Below are positions 41,438 through 54,860 of a DNA stretch of 64,000 bases, piece by piece. The stretch is from Octopus vulgaris. Taxonomy: Eukaryota. Position 1 is the stretch's first letter; each line of letters begins with the position of its first letter. A model generated the notes under the pieces. It saw nothing but the letters and a program-made list of their open reading frames with translations. It was not told where the DNA came from and searched no databases. The stretch spans positions 36,084,001-36,148,000 of the forward strand of contig OX597828.1 in NCBI GenBank assembly GCA_951406725.2, given 5' to 3'. A program made the position numbers and the translations under genes.

Positions 41438-42127
41438 AAAGCTAGATTCGAACGCATTCTAGGGAACGACGAAAACGGTATATGCCCCCTGTACCGCAAC
41501 AAGTTCTGGAATAGGTTAGAGAGGGACACCAACAAGAAGATGAGAAACGTTACTTGGTACGATAACAGGAGATTTCACGGAGTGATGTTCGTTGACGCCA
41601 CACCTATGAACGAGCTAAGTAAGGCATTCAAGAAAGTCCTGCGCACTACGGGCCTAAAAGTTAAAGTTGTAGAAAAGACAGGTAGGACTATCAAATCGGC
41701 ATTATGCAGATCATATCCATTTGATAGAATCACCTGTCAGAGTAATTGTGCAGTGTGTTCGACAAATCCACACGTAAATTGTAAAACCAAGGGCACTGTA
41801 TACCAGATTAAGTGCCAGGAGGGAGCTTGCGCGGCTAACCCGGAGTCATACATAGGTGAGACCTCTAGAAGCATCAATGATAGGTTCAAAGAACACCTGG
41901 ACAACTACATTGAAAGGAAGCCAAACTCCATCTTCTACCAACATGCTGTAGACTGCCACAAGGGATCCTTAGGGGAGCTTAAGTTGAACATCCTATCTAC
42001 ACATCCCACCGATGCAATGTTGAGACAGGTCACAGAAGCTGTTTGTATACAAGAATACAAACCTACTCTCAACCGAAAGTCCGAATGGAATAACATCCAG
42101 ATCCCATTCAGAAGGACTATTCTATAA
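41438..42127 (+). CDS. C-terminal part of a Penelope-like ORF: linker plus Cys-rich region plus GIY-YIG endonuclease (Neptune/Naiad-type; RT missing through 5' truncation)
   Basis: Uninterrupted 230-aa frame with CQSNCAVC...NCKTKGTVYQIKC...C...SYIGETSRSINDRFKEH...HAVDCH...RQVTEAVCI...LNRKSEW, i.e. VY/YIG motifs, catalytic R, E and N, and CCHH residues. The frame begins exactly at the inverted-repeat junction, so it has no genuine start codon. Confidence 0.9.
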   Translation, partial: KARFERILGNDENGICPLYRNKFWNRLERDTNKKMRNVTWYDNRRFHGVMFVDATPMNELSKAFKKVLRTTGLKVKVVEKTGRTIKSALCRSYPFDRITCQSNCAVCSTNPHVNCKTKGTVYQIKCQEGACAANPESYIGETSRSINDRFKEHLDNYIERKPNSIFYQHAVDCHKGSLGELKLNILSTHPTDAMLRQVTEAVCIQEYKPTLNRKSEWNNIQIPFRRTIL

Positions 42128-43140
42128 CCACCCCTCTCTCTCTCTCTCCCTTTCACCTGTAGTCCTTACATACAGGTTGCAATGCGTATGTGCAGTTATA
42201 TACAACGGTATGAGCAGACGTTGTTTGATACGAACAGTTGCACCTAGGCGTTGTACCCATTCACGGTTAGACGATGATGAGAGGAACAAACACACACACA
42301 CACACATATATATATATGTGTGTGCGTCTATACAAACATATATGTAAATATGTATACAACCTTCAGCTAAGTAACAGTCATGTACACAACTTGGACGGAC
42401 ACATGCCAGTACACGGACATACGTTCACATACACATACACATGTACACACTCTCACGGACACATCTGCCCATTCTCCTAGACACTCACATACATACGTAG
42501 CACATGAATACAAACATACATACATACCTACGTATGGGCATACACACGTACATACGCACGTACATGTACACACACACATACATGGGCACATGCATACGGG
42601 CGCGTATACATACATACGCACATGCGTACGTATGACATACATACATACATACATACATACATACATACATACATACATACATACATACATACATACATAC
42701 ATACATACGCACATACATACATACATACGAACAATAGTAAAACATTAGTTCTGTGATATAGAGATAAAAATCTGATAATAGATTTTAGGGTATAGTTCTT
42801 GTGAGCAAGCGTCATAAATTCACTTTCTAGCCTCGGCCGTAGGGAGTTGAAATTTGATAGCGTTGTGATGAGTGGTCACTCTACATCCATCCATCGCTAC
42901 AGGTTTATAACTTTATGTTTTATAGAGTGTATGTGCGTGCTTATACACACACATACATACATACATACATACATACATACATACATACATACATACATAC
43001 ATACATACATGCATACACAGGCGTATGTGCGGACATGAATACGTACATACATACACACATGTATGCATACATACACACATACATACGTACATACATATAT
43101 ATGACGAACTAACTGTTACTTTCTTAGATGCAGCACGGAC

Positions 43141-43190
43141 TTTGTCAGTGAACAGGTCGCGGATTTTAGCGACGAAAATATTTTGACAAA
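43141..43190 (+). ncRNA. Minimal type I hammerhead ribozyme, G3-C8 core variant
   Basis: TTTGTCA-GTGAACA-G-GTCGC(GGATTTTA)GCGAC-GAAA-ATAT-TT-TGACAAA: 7-bp stem I, 5-bp stem II, GAAA, palindromic stem III region AAAATATTTT. Confidence 0.75.
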
Positions 43191-43327
43191 TTAAACTTAA
43201 ATGTTGGAGTGAATCGAACGGCTTTTGTGTGTTTCTTAAATGGCTTATAAACACCTCCCACGCTGCAATTGTTTTCGTTTCAGCACACGATCTCAGATCA
43301 AATTACTTGCTATGCGAGTACATCTCC

Positions 43328-43439
<112 letters not shown>

Positions 43440-44192
43440 GGTAGTGGCGGTAGTGAACATAAAGAATAAAGCTATTGGCAGGAGGGAAGGAGTTAAACAT
43501 ATTATACCGCTAATAGTGTTCGGAGGTGGAATGGTGAAGAGGGGTGTTTTAGTATCGATGAACTTAGAGAGAGGAAAGAGATGACAGTACAATATAGAGA
43601 GAAAGAGAGGAGAAAGAAAAAGATAAATAGTTGGTAACGGTGGTGGTGGCGGCGGCGTGACACTTGTAAAAGGATGGAGAGGGTGTTAAGTGTTAGATAA
43701 GAGAACTGGTCATCAAAGGAATGAGGTTAATAAATATGTGACCTGTCCCACACCAACGGCAACTACGCTCTTTTTGCTCTATAAAATGACTTGACTGACT
43801 AAACTTAGCCAATACACACAGACAAAGAAATGCATACTTGTGCAGAAGAACCACATATGGAAGCGCGGACGAACAATCTCGCACCGGACCACATGTAGGT
43901 AGATATTACATACATGTTGTGTCACACAAAAACAAATGTAAAGATCCCACACAATAAGCAGAAACAAAACGCAATCGGACCTTCGTACAGAAACACACAC
44001 ACACAGATTCATTAAGATTCCGATATAGAAGAGACAAACACACATACACAGAACTGTTTTGATGTTGAATTTTATAGCAAGTCCTATACAAGTATATACT
44101 GAAATGATGTAAAGAACCTTTAGAATTTTGGGCACACCGACGCAAACATAACCCCTCTCCGACTTTGTTTCCTCATAACTTTCAGAAAAATA

Positions 44193-44615
44193 GCGATCTT
44201 TCGTCTCTAGTAGACCTTTCCGTCGATTTCCGTAAAAAAATTTTTTTTTTTTTACATATGGGCTTGCGGGAACTTTTGAAGTAATATACATACATATACA
44301 CCGAGTAAAAAATTTCAGTTATCTCTTTCTTTCACACATTACTCTGTCTCTGTCTCTTCACACACACTAACAGAAGCACTTCACTTACACAACATACTGT
44401 CTGTCTCCCACACCCCATCAAGCACGCACACACACACATGTACATCAATGCTCCCATGCACGGTAACTTCAAAAGAACTTCCCTCGTCATACAATCGCTG
44501 TCTCTTAGTCTCTTTCGCTCTCATTACTTTAAAAGTTCCCGCAAGCCCATATGTAAAAAAAAAAAAATTTTTTACGGAAATCGACGGAAAGGTCTACTAG
44601 AGACGAAAGATCGCC
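44193..44615. mobile_element. Third copy of the same MITE
   Basis: GCGATCTTTCG...CGAAAGATCGCC; aaaata on both flanks is a partial TSD. Confidence 0.9.
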
Positions 44616-45294
44616 AAAATAGGTATTTTAAATGAAATTTTCTACAAATACCTTTCAGATAGTTTAGATTACCATTAAAAGTATAATTCATACATTACTG
44701 ACAGACATCACATAATGTTTTCAATATTTCGTTTCATTTTGTAGATATATATTGATGTGTGTCAGTGTATATTAAGCTTGCCATATTTTTTGTTTGTCTT
44801 CACATTAACCATAACCTATACCCTACAAGAGGTTGAGAATTTCATTAAAAAATATATCCATATTTCTGGAAATTATGCGAAAAGTCGGGCGCAGAAGAAG
44901 GCACACGTGTGTGGGTCTGCTGAATTTTGTACAATTTCGATAGAACAGAAATTGGGTTATGCCAAGTTTTACCCTAAGGCATTATTTATAAAATAAGTGG
45001 GGGAGAGAGAGGGAACTGGGCTGCAGACTGCAATATCATGTCGATTCGTTTCTCCCACTGGCAGCTTCACTCGACACAGCATGATATTATCTCTATATGA
45101 GTTCGTTATGTAATCATTTAATTCCGAGGAGACAAAAAGGTGGATTTCGTCAGCAAGAATCAATTGAGCAGAAAATTGAAATACATTTTGCAAAGAAATG
45201 AGAGCTTTTTTCTCCCACTCCCACTCTTACCCACAAAAAGAAAGAAAAAAACGTAGTGTTTATGTGTTTATTTTTTATATTATATCCTGATTGT

Positions 45295-46166
45295 TGTGGC
45301 TTTGTGGTAAGAAGTTAGTTTGCCAAACACATGGTTCCGGGTTCGGTCCCATTGAGTGGCACCTTGGGCAAGTATTTTCTACTATAGCTTCGGGCCGACC
45401 AAAGCTTTGCGAATGGATTTGGTAGACGGAAACTGAAAGAAGCCCGTCGTATCTTTATGTCTGTGTCTGTCCCCACCACTGCTTGACAACCGGTGGTGAT
45501 GTATTTACGTCCTCGTAACTTAGCGGTTCGGCAAAAGAAAACGCTACTCTAAGTACCAGGTTTAAAATTTAAAAAAAACACTTGAAGACGATTCGTTCGA
45601 CTAAAATTCAAGGTGACACCCCAGCATGATGACTGAAACAAGTAAAAGATAAAAGATACATGTGTGTGTCTTGATGCAAACAGGAAAAATATTTAACTTC
45701 TGCCCCAGCATGGCCGCAGCCACAAGGCTGAAACATATAAAAGAATACAAACACACACATATATATGTATATTCTTTTACTTGTTTCAGTCATCTGACTG
45801 CGGCCATGCTGGAGCACTGTCTTTAATCGAGCAAATCGACCTCAGGACTTATTCTTTGTAAGCCGAGTACTTATTCTATCGGTCTCTTTTGCTGAACCGC
45901 TAAGTTACGGGGTCGTAAACACACCAGCATCGGTTGTCAAGCGATGTTGGGGGGGGGACATACACAGACACACAAACATATATATGTATATATATATACG
46001 ACGGGCTTTTTTTTCAGTTTCCGTCTACCAAATCCACTCACAAGGCTTTGGTCGGCCCGAGGCTTATAGTAGAAGACACTTGCCCAAGGTGCCATGCAAT
46101 GGATCTGAACCCGGAACCATGTGGTTGGTAAGCAAGCTACTTACCACACAGCCACTCCTACGCCTA
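45295..46166. mobile_element. Tail-to-tail pair of family A SINEs (45295-45655 +, 45773-46166 -)
   Basis: Two copies in opposite orientation about 120 bp apart; a further copy lies at 46968-47378 (-). Confidence 0.85.
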
Positions 46167-47644
46167 TATATATATATTTCACACACGCACACCTACTTAT
46201 TCTCCATACTATCACCTCCAGCTATAAATCCGATGGCAAGTAGAGTTAATTCCCTTGTTACACAATACTCGTATATCTCAATATAACGCACTACTGTTAT
46301 TTTTTTTTGCACTTCAATCGTCTCCAAAAACCAGATCTATCATTTTGGTACTTCTGTAAAAAGAGAAGGCTGAAGTAACCAGAATAAAACTGTTAGCCGC
46401 CTAGTTGCAGTGAATTAACATTTAATGGTTGTCAATCAAACATGAAAACTTTCAAAGTAAACACCATTACCCCACATACACATTCACTGTTCGGATGTCA
46501 CTCAAGTCACCTTAAAAACAAGGTTATTGCCGTCAATTTTGTGCGTGCGCGCGGGGTGTGTGTGCGCTATTTATTCGTTCAGGTCCTTGGACTAAAACCA
46601 TGCTAAGACAGGGCGTTTTCAAAGACCCCTTAATTATCGTTGCAATCAGCTACTTATTTTGCCAAATAGCATACCTACAAAAGTGTGAGTCCCCAACTCC
46701 GACATTTTCCCCTCCCTCACAACTTTCAGAAAATAGCAATTTTCTTATAGAAATGTTCTACATATACCTTTCAGATTGTGTAAATTACGATAATAACGGG
46801 ATTTAATTTTTGTTTAAATGGTAGGCGCATATACATACATATTGAAAATGAAACTTAAAACTGAATAAATTATGTAATGTGAGTGTGTGTCCACCAATAT
46901 TTCTTTTATTGCATTAAATTCCAATATAATCGCAATTTGTGATAAATACCAACTGAAAGGTATTTTTTTATCCTTTAATTCTTTCACTTGTTTCAGTCGT
47001 TTAACTGCTGCCATGCTGGAGCACCGCCTTAAAGAGGTTTCTAGACGAAGAAATCGATCCCAGGACTTGATTCATTCTTTCTAAACCTAGTACTTACACT
47101 ATCGGTCTCTCTTGCCGAACAGCTCGATAACAGGGGCGTAAACACATCAGCATCAGTTGTCAAGTGATGGTGAGGGGGACAAACAAACACAAAGACACAC
47201 ACACACACACGCAGGCAGGGCTTCTTTCAGTTTCCGTCTACCAAACCCATTCACAGGGGCTTTTTGATCGGCCCGAGGCTATCATAGAAAACACTTGCCT
47301 AAGGTTCCACGCAGTGGGACTGAACCGGGAATCATGTGGTTAGGAAGCAAGCTTCATACCACAGAGCCACGCCTTCGCCAACAAATACCCATTTTCCTGA
47401 AAGCTATGAGGAAACAAAATCTGGAGGGAACATTATATCATTGAACACAAACACTCCCTCGGGATCGGTGGGGTGGAATTAAAACGAGACAAACAGGGGA
47501 AATAACTCCATCATTATCAGCTAAAATTATTTATTTTATTCTTTATATTGTTTTTATTTTTGAAATTACGACAATGAAGTGAGGAGTTGATTTTGACTTG
47601 AAAAATCAACTGTTGAAGGCATTGATCACGTTTCGATACCAATA

Positions 47645-47863
47645 CCTATTTATTTACTACCCACAAGGGGCTAAACACAGAAGGGACAAAAAATGACAGA
47701 CAAACGGATTATATCGACCCTCAATGCGTAACTGGTACTTATTTAATCGACCCCGAAAGGATGAAAGGCAAAGTCGACCCCAGCGGAATTTGAACTCAGA
47801 ACGTAATGGCAGACGAAACACCGCTAAGCATTTCGCCCGGTGTGCTAACGACTCTGCCAGCTC
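47645..47863 (-). mobile_element. Family B SINE, full length, with TSD
   Basis: tcgataccaatacc is repeated at ~47633-47646 and ~47862-47875. Confidence 0.85.
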
Positions 47864-48341
47864 GATACCAATACCAGCAATAGAGAGAGTGTTTCTGTAC
47901 TCTAAATATACAAATGAAGAAGTCTCACACATGAGAGTGTATACACAAGAGGCCAGATTTATGTGGGGGCCAGTATGGACTATGCCTCAGAGACCCCAAA
48001 CTTTAGAGAAGTCTAAAGCTTGGAGTTAAAAGATTTTAAAATATATTTACAGCAAACAATTCTTTTTTTTTTTACTTCATTTTTTTTTAAAAATCTAGTA
48101 GTGTATTTCTAAAATAACTGAATCCTTTTTTTATTGATTTATTGGTCCCTTTTAAATTTAAAAAGCTTTTAACTTTTTCTGTTCTGAGCCACTCTGAATC
48201 TACCAAGGCCCTTTCAAGTTTCAAGGCCTCTTCAAACTGTTTGGAATCCTTGGACTTAATGGAGCCCAGTTAGTTATTTTCTGTTTTGAATAAGTAAAAT
48301 TAAGACACTAGGTCTAAATCCAGTCCTGTATACATATATGT

Positions 48342-48393
<52 letters not shown>

Positions 48394-48623
48394 GAGGCGC
48401 AATGGCCCAGTGGTTAGGGCAGCGGACTCGTGGTCGTAGGATCGCGGTTTCGATTCCCAGACCGGGCGAAAACACCTAAAAGCTCCACGATCCCTGCTGT
48501 ACTCCTTCACCACTCTTTCTTCTGTTGGCCTGCTCAATTAGCCATTCGAAGGCTAAAACAATGCGAAGCGCATTGTGACCAGCGATGTGTAACTACATCT
48601 GATGGACTGGTCGGTCACGTGAT

Positions 48624-48668
<45 letters not shown>

Positions 48669-49856
48669 ATACACAACTTCTGTCTCTCTCTCTCACACAC
48701 ACAGAGAAGGGTGAGCCAAAAGCCAATATTTAACAATTCCCAAAAGGCAGCGAGCTGGCAGAATTCTTAGCATGCTGGGTATAATGCTTTGTGGCATTTC
48801 ATCTCTCTTTATGTTCTGAGTTTAAATACTGTTGAGGTCGACTTTGCCTTTCAACCTTTCAGGGTCGATAAAATAAGTACAAGCTGAGCACTGGGGTTGA
48901 TGTAATTGACTTAACCCTCCCCCGAAGATGTTTGCCCAAAGTGACATGCAGTGGGATTGAACCCGCAACTATGTGGCTGGGAGACAAGCTTCTTACCACA
49001 CAGCAACACACATATATGCAAAAATTATGCTTCATACATTTTATTTTGTCACAGTTTTATGGCTGGTTTCTCTTCCTAAAACCAACTGTTTTAGCCTGTA
49101 GAGACGTTTGACATTTATGTGCATAGACAAACATATATACACACATATATTGTTATTGTTTTCAGGTAGACTTCTGAACACTCGCATGGTTGGAAGGAAT
49201 ATGTTAAAGCAGATTTTCTACAGGCTGGTGCCTTTCCAATCACCAACCTTTACCTGTTTCTGAGTAAGGTTAATATTTCCCCTTGACCAGACACGTTTTC
49301 ATGAAGGATTTGAAACAACGAGTACTGCTTACAATAGTGATGCTCATTTACAACTATCACACAATGGTAAGACAAGGGGACACTCACACTCAAGCACACA
49401 CACACACACGCACAAAGGTAACATCCGGCACTTTGAGAGAGTATACTCCTCCATGCCAAATCTCAGCTTGCCAGCAAATACATAAGGTAATATATGTTAT
49501 GTATATGTTGTTGGTAATGCTAATTACACTAAAGTTACTTCAACATCATGTTTGAATTTATTCTTATGTATCCATTGTCCAGGCACAGCTGCATGTGGTT
49601 TGCATGCCAAGTGCAGGTAAGATGTGGACTGACAAATTGGTTCATCTCTGACCCTGTTCAAGTATGTGATACTGACAAGCCACAAAAATGGTGAAACACT
49701 GAGGTCAATCACTCCTAGATGGAATTAGGGGAGTGATCTCAGGTGTTTTAACATGCAGTGCTTTGGGAAAGTATACTCCACTGTACCAAATTGCAGCCTA
49801 CCAGCAAAGACATGAAGCATCTACATTAGGTGTATGTGGTTGGAAATATATACATA

Positions 49857-50052
49857 CAGTAATCCTTATTATTTAAGCTTATGTTGATTCCTCTGTGCTG
49901 TTGTTTTGCATTTATAATAAAATAAATATATACAAATTATAAAAGAAATAAAAAAAAATATACAGTACAGTACTGTTTCTACTTCGCAGATTTTCACCTA
50001 TCACAGGGCGTCTTGGAACATACATAACACCCATAATAGTTGAGGAATTACT
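49857..50052. mobile_element. Decayed Tigger-like MITE
   Basis: TA-CAGTAATCC ... GAGGAATTACTG ends. Confidence 0.45.
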
Positions 50053-50398
50053 GTGTGTATATATATATATATATAGTCTTTTCTACTCTGGGCACAAGGC
50101 CCGAAATTTTGGAGGAGTGGGGCAGTCGTTTAGATTGAATGCCAGTATGCAACTGGTACTTAATTTATCAACCCTGAAAGGATGAAAGGCAAAGTTGACC
50201 TTGGCAGAATTTGAACTAAGAATGTAAAGACAGACAAAATACTGCTAAGCAGTTCTGCCAGCTTGTGACCTTATATATTTATTTATATTTATTTATTTAT
50301 AAATATACATATATATATATATATATATACTTTGATAGGTTTCGGCCATTATTGGCCCAGGCCATGTCTAACTTAATAGCACCATATATATATATATA

Positions 50399-50600
50399 TA
50401 GTTAATCCAAACATGAAAACACAACAACGTGAGGATGTGGAACAAATATAGTATTATTGGACGCTCAGGAAGGAAGGAAAGAAGGAGGGTTTAAATGTTT
50501 CGAGCGGAGCTCTTCGTCAGAAACATAGGAAAAGGAAAGATCCAGAGAAGGGAAGACAGAGGAAAAAAAAAATCGCCAACGGTACACACGCAGTCACATA
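50399..50600 (-). mobile_element. Short (TA)n-embedded element with a minimal hammerhead at 50489-50524
   Basis: Minus strand GTTT-CTGACGA-A-GAGC(TCC)GCTC-GAAA-CAT-TT-AAAC; flanked by (TA)n on both sides. Confidence 0.65.
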
Positions 50601-50765
50601 TATATATATATATATATATTAGATATACAATGGGTTTTTTTCAATTCCTATCAACCAGATCCACTCACAGAGCTCTGGTTGGCCAATCTTATATTCTATA
50701 GTACTCTTACTGCTGTGCATTTACCGTCATGAAGAGTAACATCAAGTGCCAATCATCATAAATTA

Positions 50766-50817
<52 letters not shown>

Positions 50818-51027
50818 GGTGGTGAGTTTCAAAGATTGTTAGCACATGAGACAAAATGCTTAGCGGCATTTCATTCACCTTTACGTCCTGAGTTCCAATT
50901 CTGCTGAAGTCATCTTTGCCTTTCATCCTCTTGGGTTCAATACAATAAGTACCAGTTGAATACTGGGGTCGATGTAATCAACTTTTCCCCATCCCCAAAC
51001 TTGCTGGCTTTGTGCCAAAACCATAAC

Positions 51028-51064
<37 letters not shown>

Positions 51065-51945
51065 GCCAATAAAGAAAAGATAGTTGTTGTTGTCGTTGTT
51101 GTTATAGTTGTTTATCAAAAGGTAGTATGAAACACTTGTGTTTAAAACTCCATCTGATGTGCAGTGAAATGTGATACGTCCAGTGTTTGTTCAGTAAAGC
51201 TTTCCATTATCATTATCCCATTCTGTGAGTAAAATGTCAAACAGCTGCCAGATAACATATACCAAACTTCTAGAGATGGATAGGACAGTGTGGTGGTGGC
51301 AGAGATGGTGGTAGCAGTGATGATGATGATGATGATGATGGGAGTAATGGCAATGATGATCATTGTGATGGAGAGAGAGAGAGCGAGAGAGACAGACAGA
51401 AAGAAAGACAGAGACAAAGGAGAATAAAAATGCCTGGAAGAAGAAGAAAAATGGAAACAAAATGGAAGAAAAAAAAAAAAGAAAAGGTGAAGCTGAATAT
51501 AAAATATAATAGAAGGATACCAAAAACAACCCAACACCCCCCCAAAAAAAAAAGAAAAAAGAAAAACACCCACATTAACAATACAATTATAAAACAAAGA
51601 AGAAAAAAAACCTGATGAAATAATAACAATAGATGAAGTAGATAAAAACAAAAAAAAATACAAAATTAAGAAAACCAAACGTGACTAAAGAGAGAAAAAT
51701 AAAGAGAGAAAAATGAAACAAAAATGGAAAATGAAGATAGCAGAAGACATTGTTGATATTCTTGTCTCAGTGTTGTTCTCAATTGAATGGTTTGTCTTTT
51801 AGAGCTGACAATAAACAGCTTCGTTAATTCAAAGACTTTTGAAGATGCTACCAAGGTGGGATAGCAAAACAAATTTTCTGTCTCTCTTTACCTGATGTTG
51901 TTAATATGTACCACACATCAGATATTATTCAATCTGTGTATCTAT

Positions 51946-51979
<34 letters not shown>

Positions 51980-51984
51980 ATCAA

Positions 51985-52379
51985 CAGGCGTGGCTGCGTG
52001 GTACCTTGAGCAAGTGTCTTCTACTATAGCCTCGGACTGACTGAAGCCTTGTGAGTGGATTGAAAGGCAGAAACTGAAAGAAGCCCATCGTATGTGTGCG
52101 AGTGTGTGTGTCTTTGTGACTGTGTTCAGCCCCCACCACCGCTTGACAACCGGTGGTGGTGTGTCTATGTCTCTGTAACTTAGTGGTTCAGCAAAAGAAA
52201 CTGATAGAAAAAGTACTAGGCTTCAAAAAAAATATGTGCTAGGGTCGACTTTTTCAACTAAAACTCTCCAAGGCGGTGCCCCAGCATGGCCGCAGTCAAA
52301 CGCCTCCAAGGCGGTGCCCCAGCATGGCCGCAGTCAAACGCCTAAAACAAGTAAAAAAAACTAAAGAAATATGTGTGTG

Positions 52380-52424
<45 letters not shown>

Positions 52425-52935
52425 AAAGTTTACAAAAAAACAAAAGACGAAGACAGGTGGTGTACAAAACAAACAGATGTATTAGTATAACGCCCAGGAA
52501 TAGAAAAAGTCTTTTATGTTTCGAGCCTACGCTCTTCAACAGAAAGGTACACAGAAAAAACAAAGAGAGAAGCAAGGAGAGAAAACAAATGTGTGTAGTG
52601 GTTAACGATCTATCAGGGCGCAGAAGTGGCTGTGTTTTAAGAAGCATGCTTCTCAACCACATGCTTCCAGGTTCAGTCCCACTGTGTGGCACCTTGGGCA
52701 AGCGTCTTCTCCTATAACCTCAAGCCAACCAAAATCTTGTAAGTGGATTTGGTAGAAAGAAACTGAAAGAAGCCTGTTGGTGTGTTTACATCCCTGTAAC
52801 TTAGCAGTTAAGCAAAAGAGACTGATAGAATAAGTACTAGGCTTGCAAAGAAGAAGTCCTGGAGTCGATTTACTCAACAAAAAGGTGCTCCAGCATGGCT
52901 GCAGTCAAATGACTGAAACAAATAAAAGAGTAAAA
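51985..52935 (+). mobile_element. Two family A SINEs (51985-52357, with a ~37-bp tandem duplication at the 3' end; 52616-52935)
   Basis: ctccaaggcggtgccccagcatggccgcagtcaaacgc occurs twice in tandem at ~52266-52342. Confidence 0.85.
52420..52614 (-). mobile_element. Second copy of the (TA)n-adjacent repeat with a hammerhead-like motif at 52511-52546
   Basis: Minus strand CTTT-CTGTTGA-A-GAGC(GTAG)GCTC-GAAA-CA-TA-AAAG. Confidence 0.6.
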
Positions 52936-53207
52936 CGTGTGTGTGTATAATGCATCTTCTGCATTATATACGTATGGCAAACAAAATGCTTGGCATCATT
53001 TCATCTGTCTTTACATTCTGAGTTCAAATTCTGCCGAGGTTGACTTTGCCTGTCATACTTGCAAAGCCAATAAGTGACAATCATGTCCTGGGACTGATGC
53101 CACTGGCTCATCTGCTTCCACTAAATTCCAGGCCCAGTGCCTCCATCTATGTGTGTGTGGTTATTTATAGTATATGCATAGTGTGTCACCTGACTGCCCC
53201 CCACACC

Positions 53208-53950
53208 ATGCTGGTGGCACATAAAAAGCACCCACTACATTCTCAGAGTGGTTGGCATTAGGAAGGGCAACCAGCTGTAGAAACCTTGCCAGATCAGATT
53301 GGAACCTGGTGCAGCCTCCTGGCTTGTCAGCCCTCAGTCAAACCATCCAATCCATGCCAGCATGGAAAGTGGATGTTAAACATTGATGATGATGATGATC
53401 ATCATCGTTTAACGTCCGTTCTCCATGCTAGCATGGGTTGGACGGTTCGACTGGGGTTCTGGGAAGCCAGAAGGCTGCACCAGGCTCCAGTCTTATCTGG
53501 CAATGTTTCTACAGCTGGATGCCCTTCCTAATGCCAACCACTCCGTGAGTGTAGTGGGTGCTTTTTACGTGCCACCTGCACAGGTGCCAGGCGAGGCTGG
53601 CAAGGGCCACGGTCGGATTGGTGTATTTTATGTGCCACCGGCACGGAAGCCAGTCGAGGCGGTGCTGGCATCGGCCACGAATCGGATATTGCTTTTTACG
53701 TACCACCAGACCAGGGATCCTGGCTGGTTCAATTCGATTTCGATTTCGCTTGCCCCAACATGTCTTCACAAGCAAAGGGGGTTGGCATGGGTGCCTGTCG
53801 TATGGTCGGATTGGAGTATTTTACGTGCCACCGGCACGGAAGCCAGTCGAAGCGGCGCTGGCATCGGCCACGAGTCGGATAGTGCTTTTTACGTACCACC
53901 AGACCAGGGATCCTGGCTGGTTCAATTCGGTTTCGATTTCGATGATGATG
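53208..53950. mobile_element. Tail-to-tail family D pair meeting at (GAT)n(CAT)n
   Basis: The + copy ends at ~53399 and the - copy starts at ~53400, with an internal duplicated unit of ~130 bp. Confidence 0.8.
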
Positions 53951-54000
<50 letters not shown>

Positions 54001-54007
<7 letters not shown>

Positions 54008-54459
54008 TTAAAAGTTAGAAAAGAAAAAAAGGAAATGGAGATAATGAAGTTAATTATTTATTATTAACGAATTGGTCATCTTCACTTTTTACAGCTGTTT
54101 CGATTGATACTCAATAATTTAATTACAAATTTGTACATTATATTTGCATTTATATGAGATGAGAGCATAATTTCAGAGGAAAAAAAAAAGATGTCCACTG
54201 GAATGTTATATGTGGACCTGTCAATTCATATCAGCATACTGAATTGACATGTCCACATATAACATCCCAAGGTGCATCTTTTTTTTTCTCTCTGATGAAA
54301 TTATGCTCTCATCTCATATAAATGCAAATATAATGTACAAATTCGTAATTTGATTATTGGGTGTTAATTGAAACGGTTGAAGATGACCAATCTGTTAATA
54401 ATAAATAATTGTTAACTTTATTATCTCAATTTCCTTTTTTTTTATTTTAACTGGATATA
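54001..54459. mobile_element. ~460-bp fold-back palindrome next to (TA)n, probably Penelope pseudo-LTR derived
   Basis: Two diverged reverse-complement arms of ~220 bp centred near 54230. CTGATGA at 54292 in the right arm; GAAACAGCTGTA on the minus strand of the left arm (54090-54101). Confidence 0.65.
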
Positions 54460-54467
54460 AACTACAT

Positions 54468-54860
54468 AAGTGTAGGAGTGGTTGTGTGGTAAGAAGCTTG
54501 CTTCCCAACCACGTGGTTCCAGGTTCAGTTCCACTGCATGGCACTATGGGCAAGTGTCTTCTACAATAGTCTTGGGCTGACAAAAGCCCTGTGAGACGGA
54601 AACTGAAAGAAGCCCATCACATATATAGATATATGTGAATGTGTATATGTATTTGTGCCTGTGTTTGTCCCCCCACCATTACTTGACAGCCAATATTGGT
54701 GTGTTTACATCCCTGTAACTTAACGGTTCGGCAAAAGAGACCGATAGAATAATTACTAGGCTTACAAAGAATAAGTCGTGGGGTCAATTTGTCCGACTAA
54801 AGGCAGTGCTCCAGCATGGCTGCAGTCAAATGACTGAAACAAGTAAAGGAATTAAAGAAT
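54468..54860 (+). mobile_element. SINE family A
   Basis: Full-length copy. Confidence 0.85.

Noticed and set aside
42127-43140. SECIS element in the Penelope 3' UTR
   Set aside because: Hairpins are present but no convincing AUGA/AA/GA arrangement, and there is no in-frame TGA in the surviving ORF.
49583-49616. 34-bp plus-strand segment with good AG and GTAAG signals
   Set aside because: No partner exons or recognisable peptide; cannot be supported without RNA data.
51142-51269. Possible minus-strand exon EVWYMLSGSCLTFYSQNG..., superficially PH-like
   Set aside because: Acceptor phase (1) does not match the phase-0 donor at 60726, the frame stops after ~42 codons, and the resemblance could be chance.
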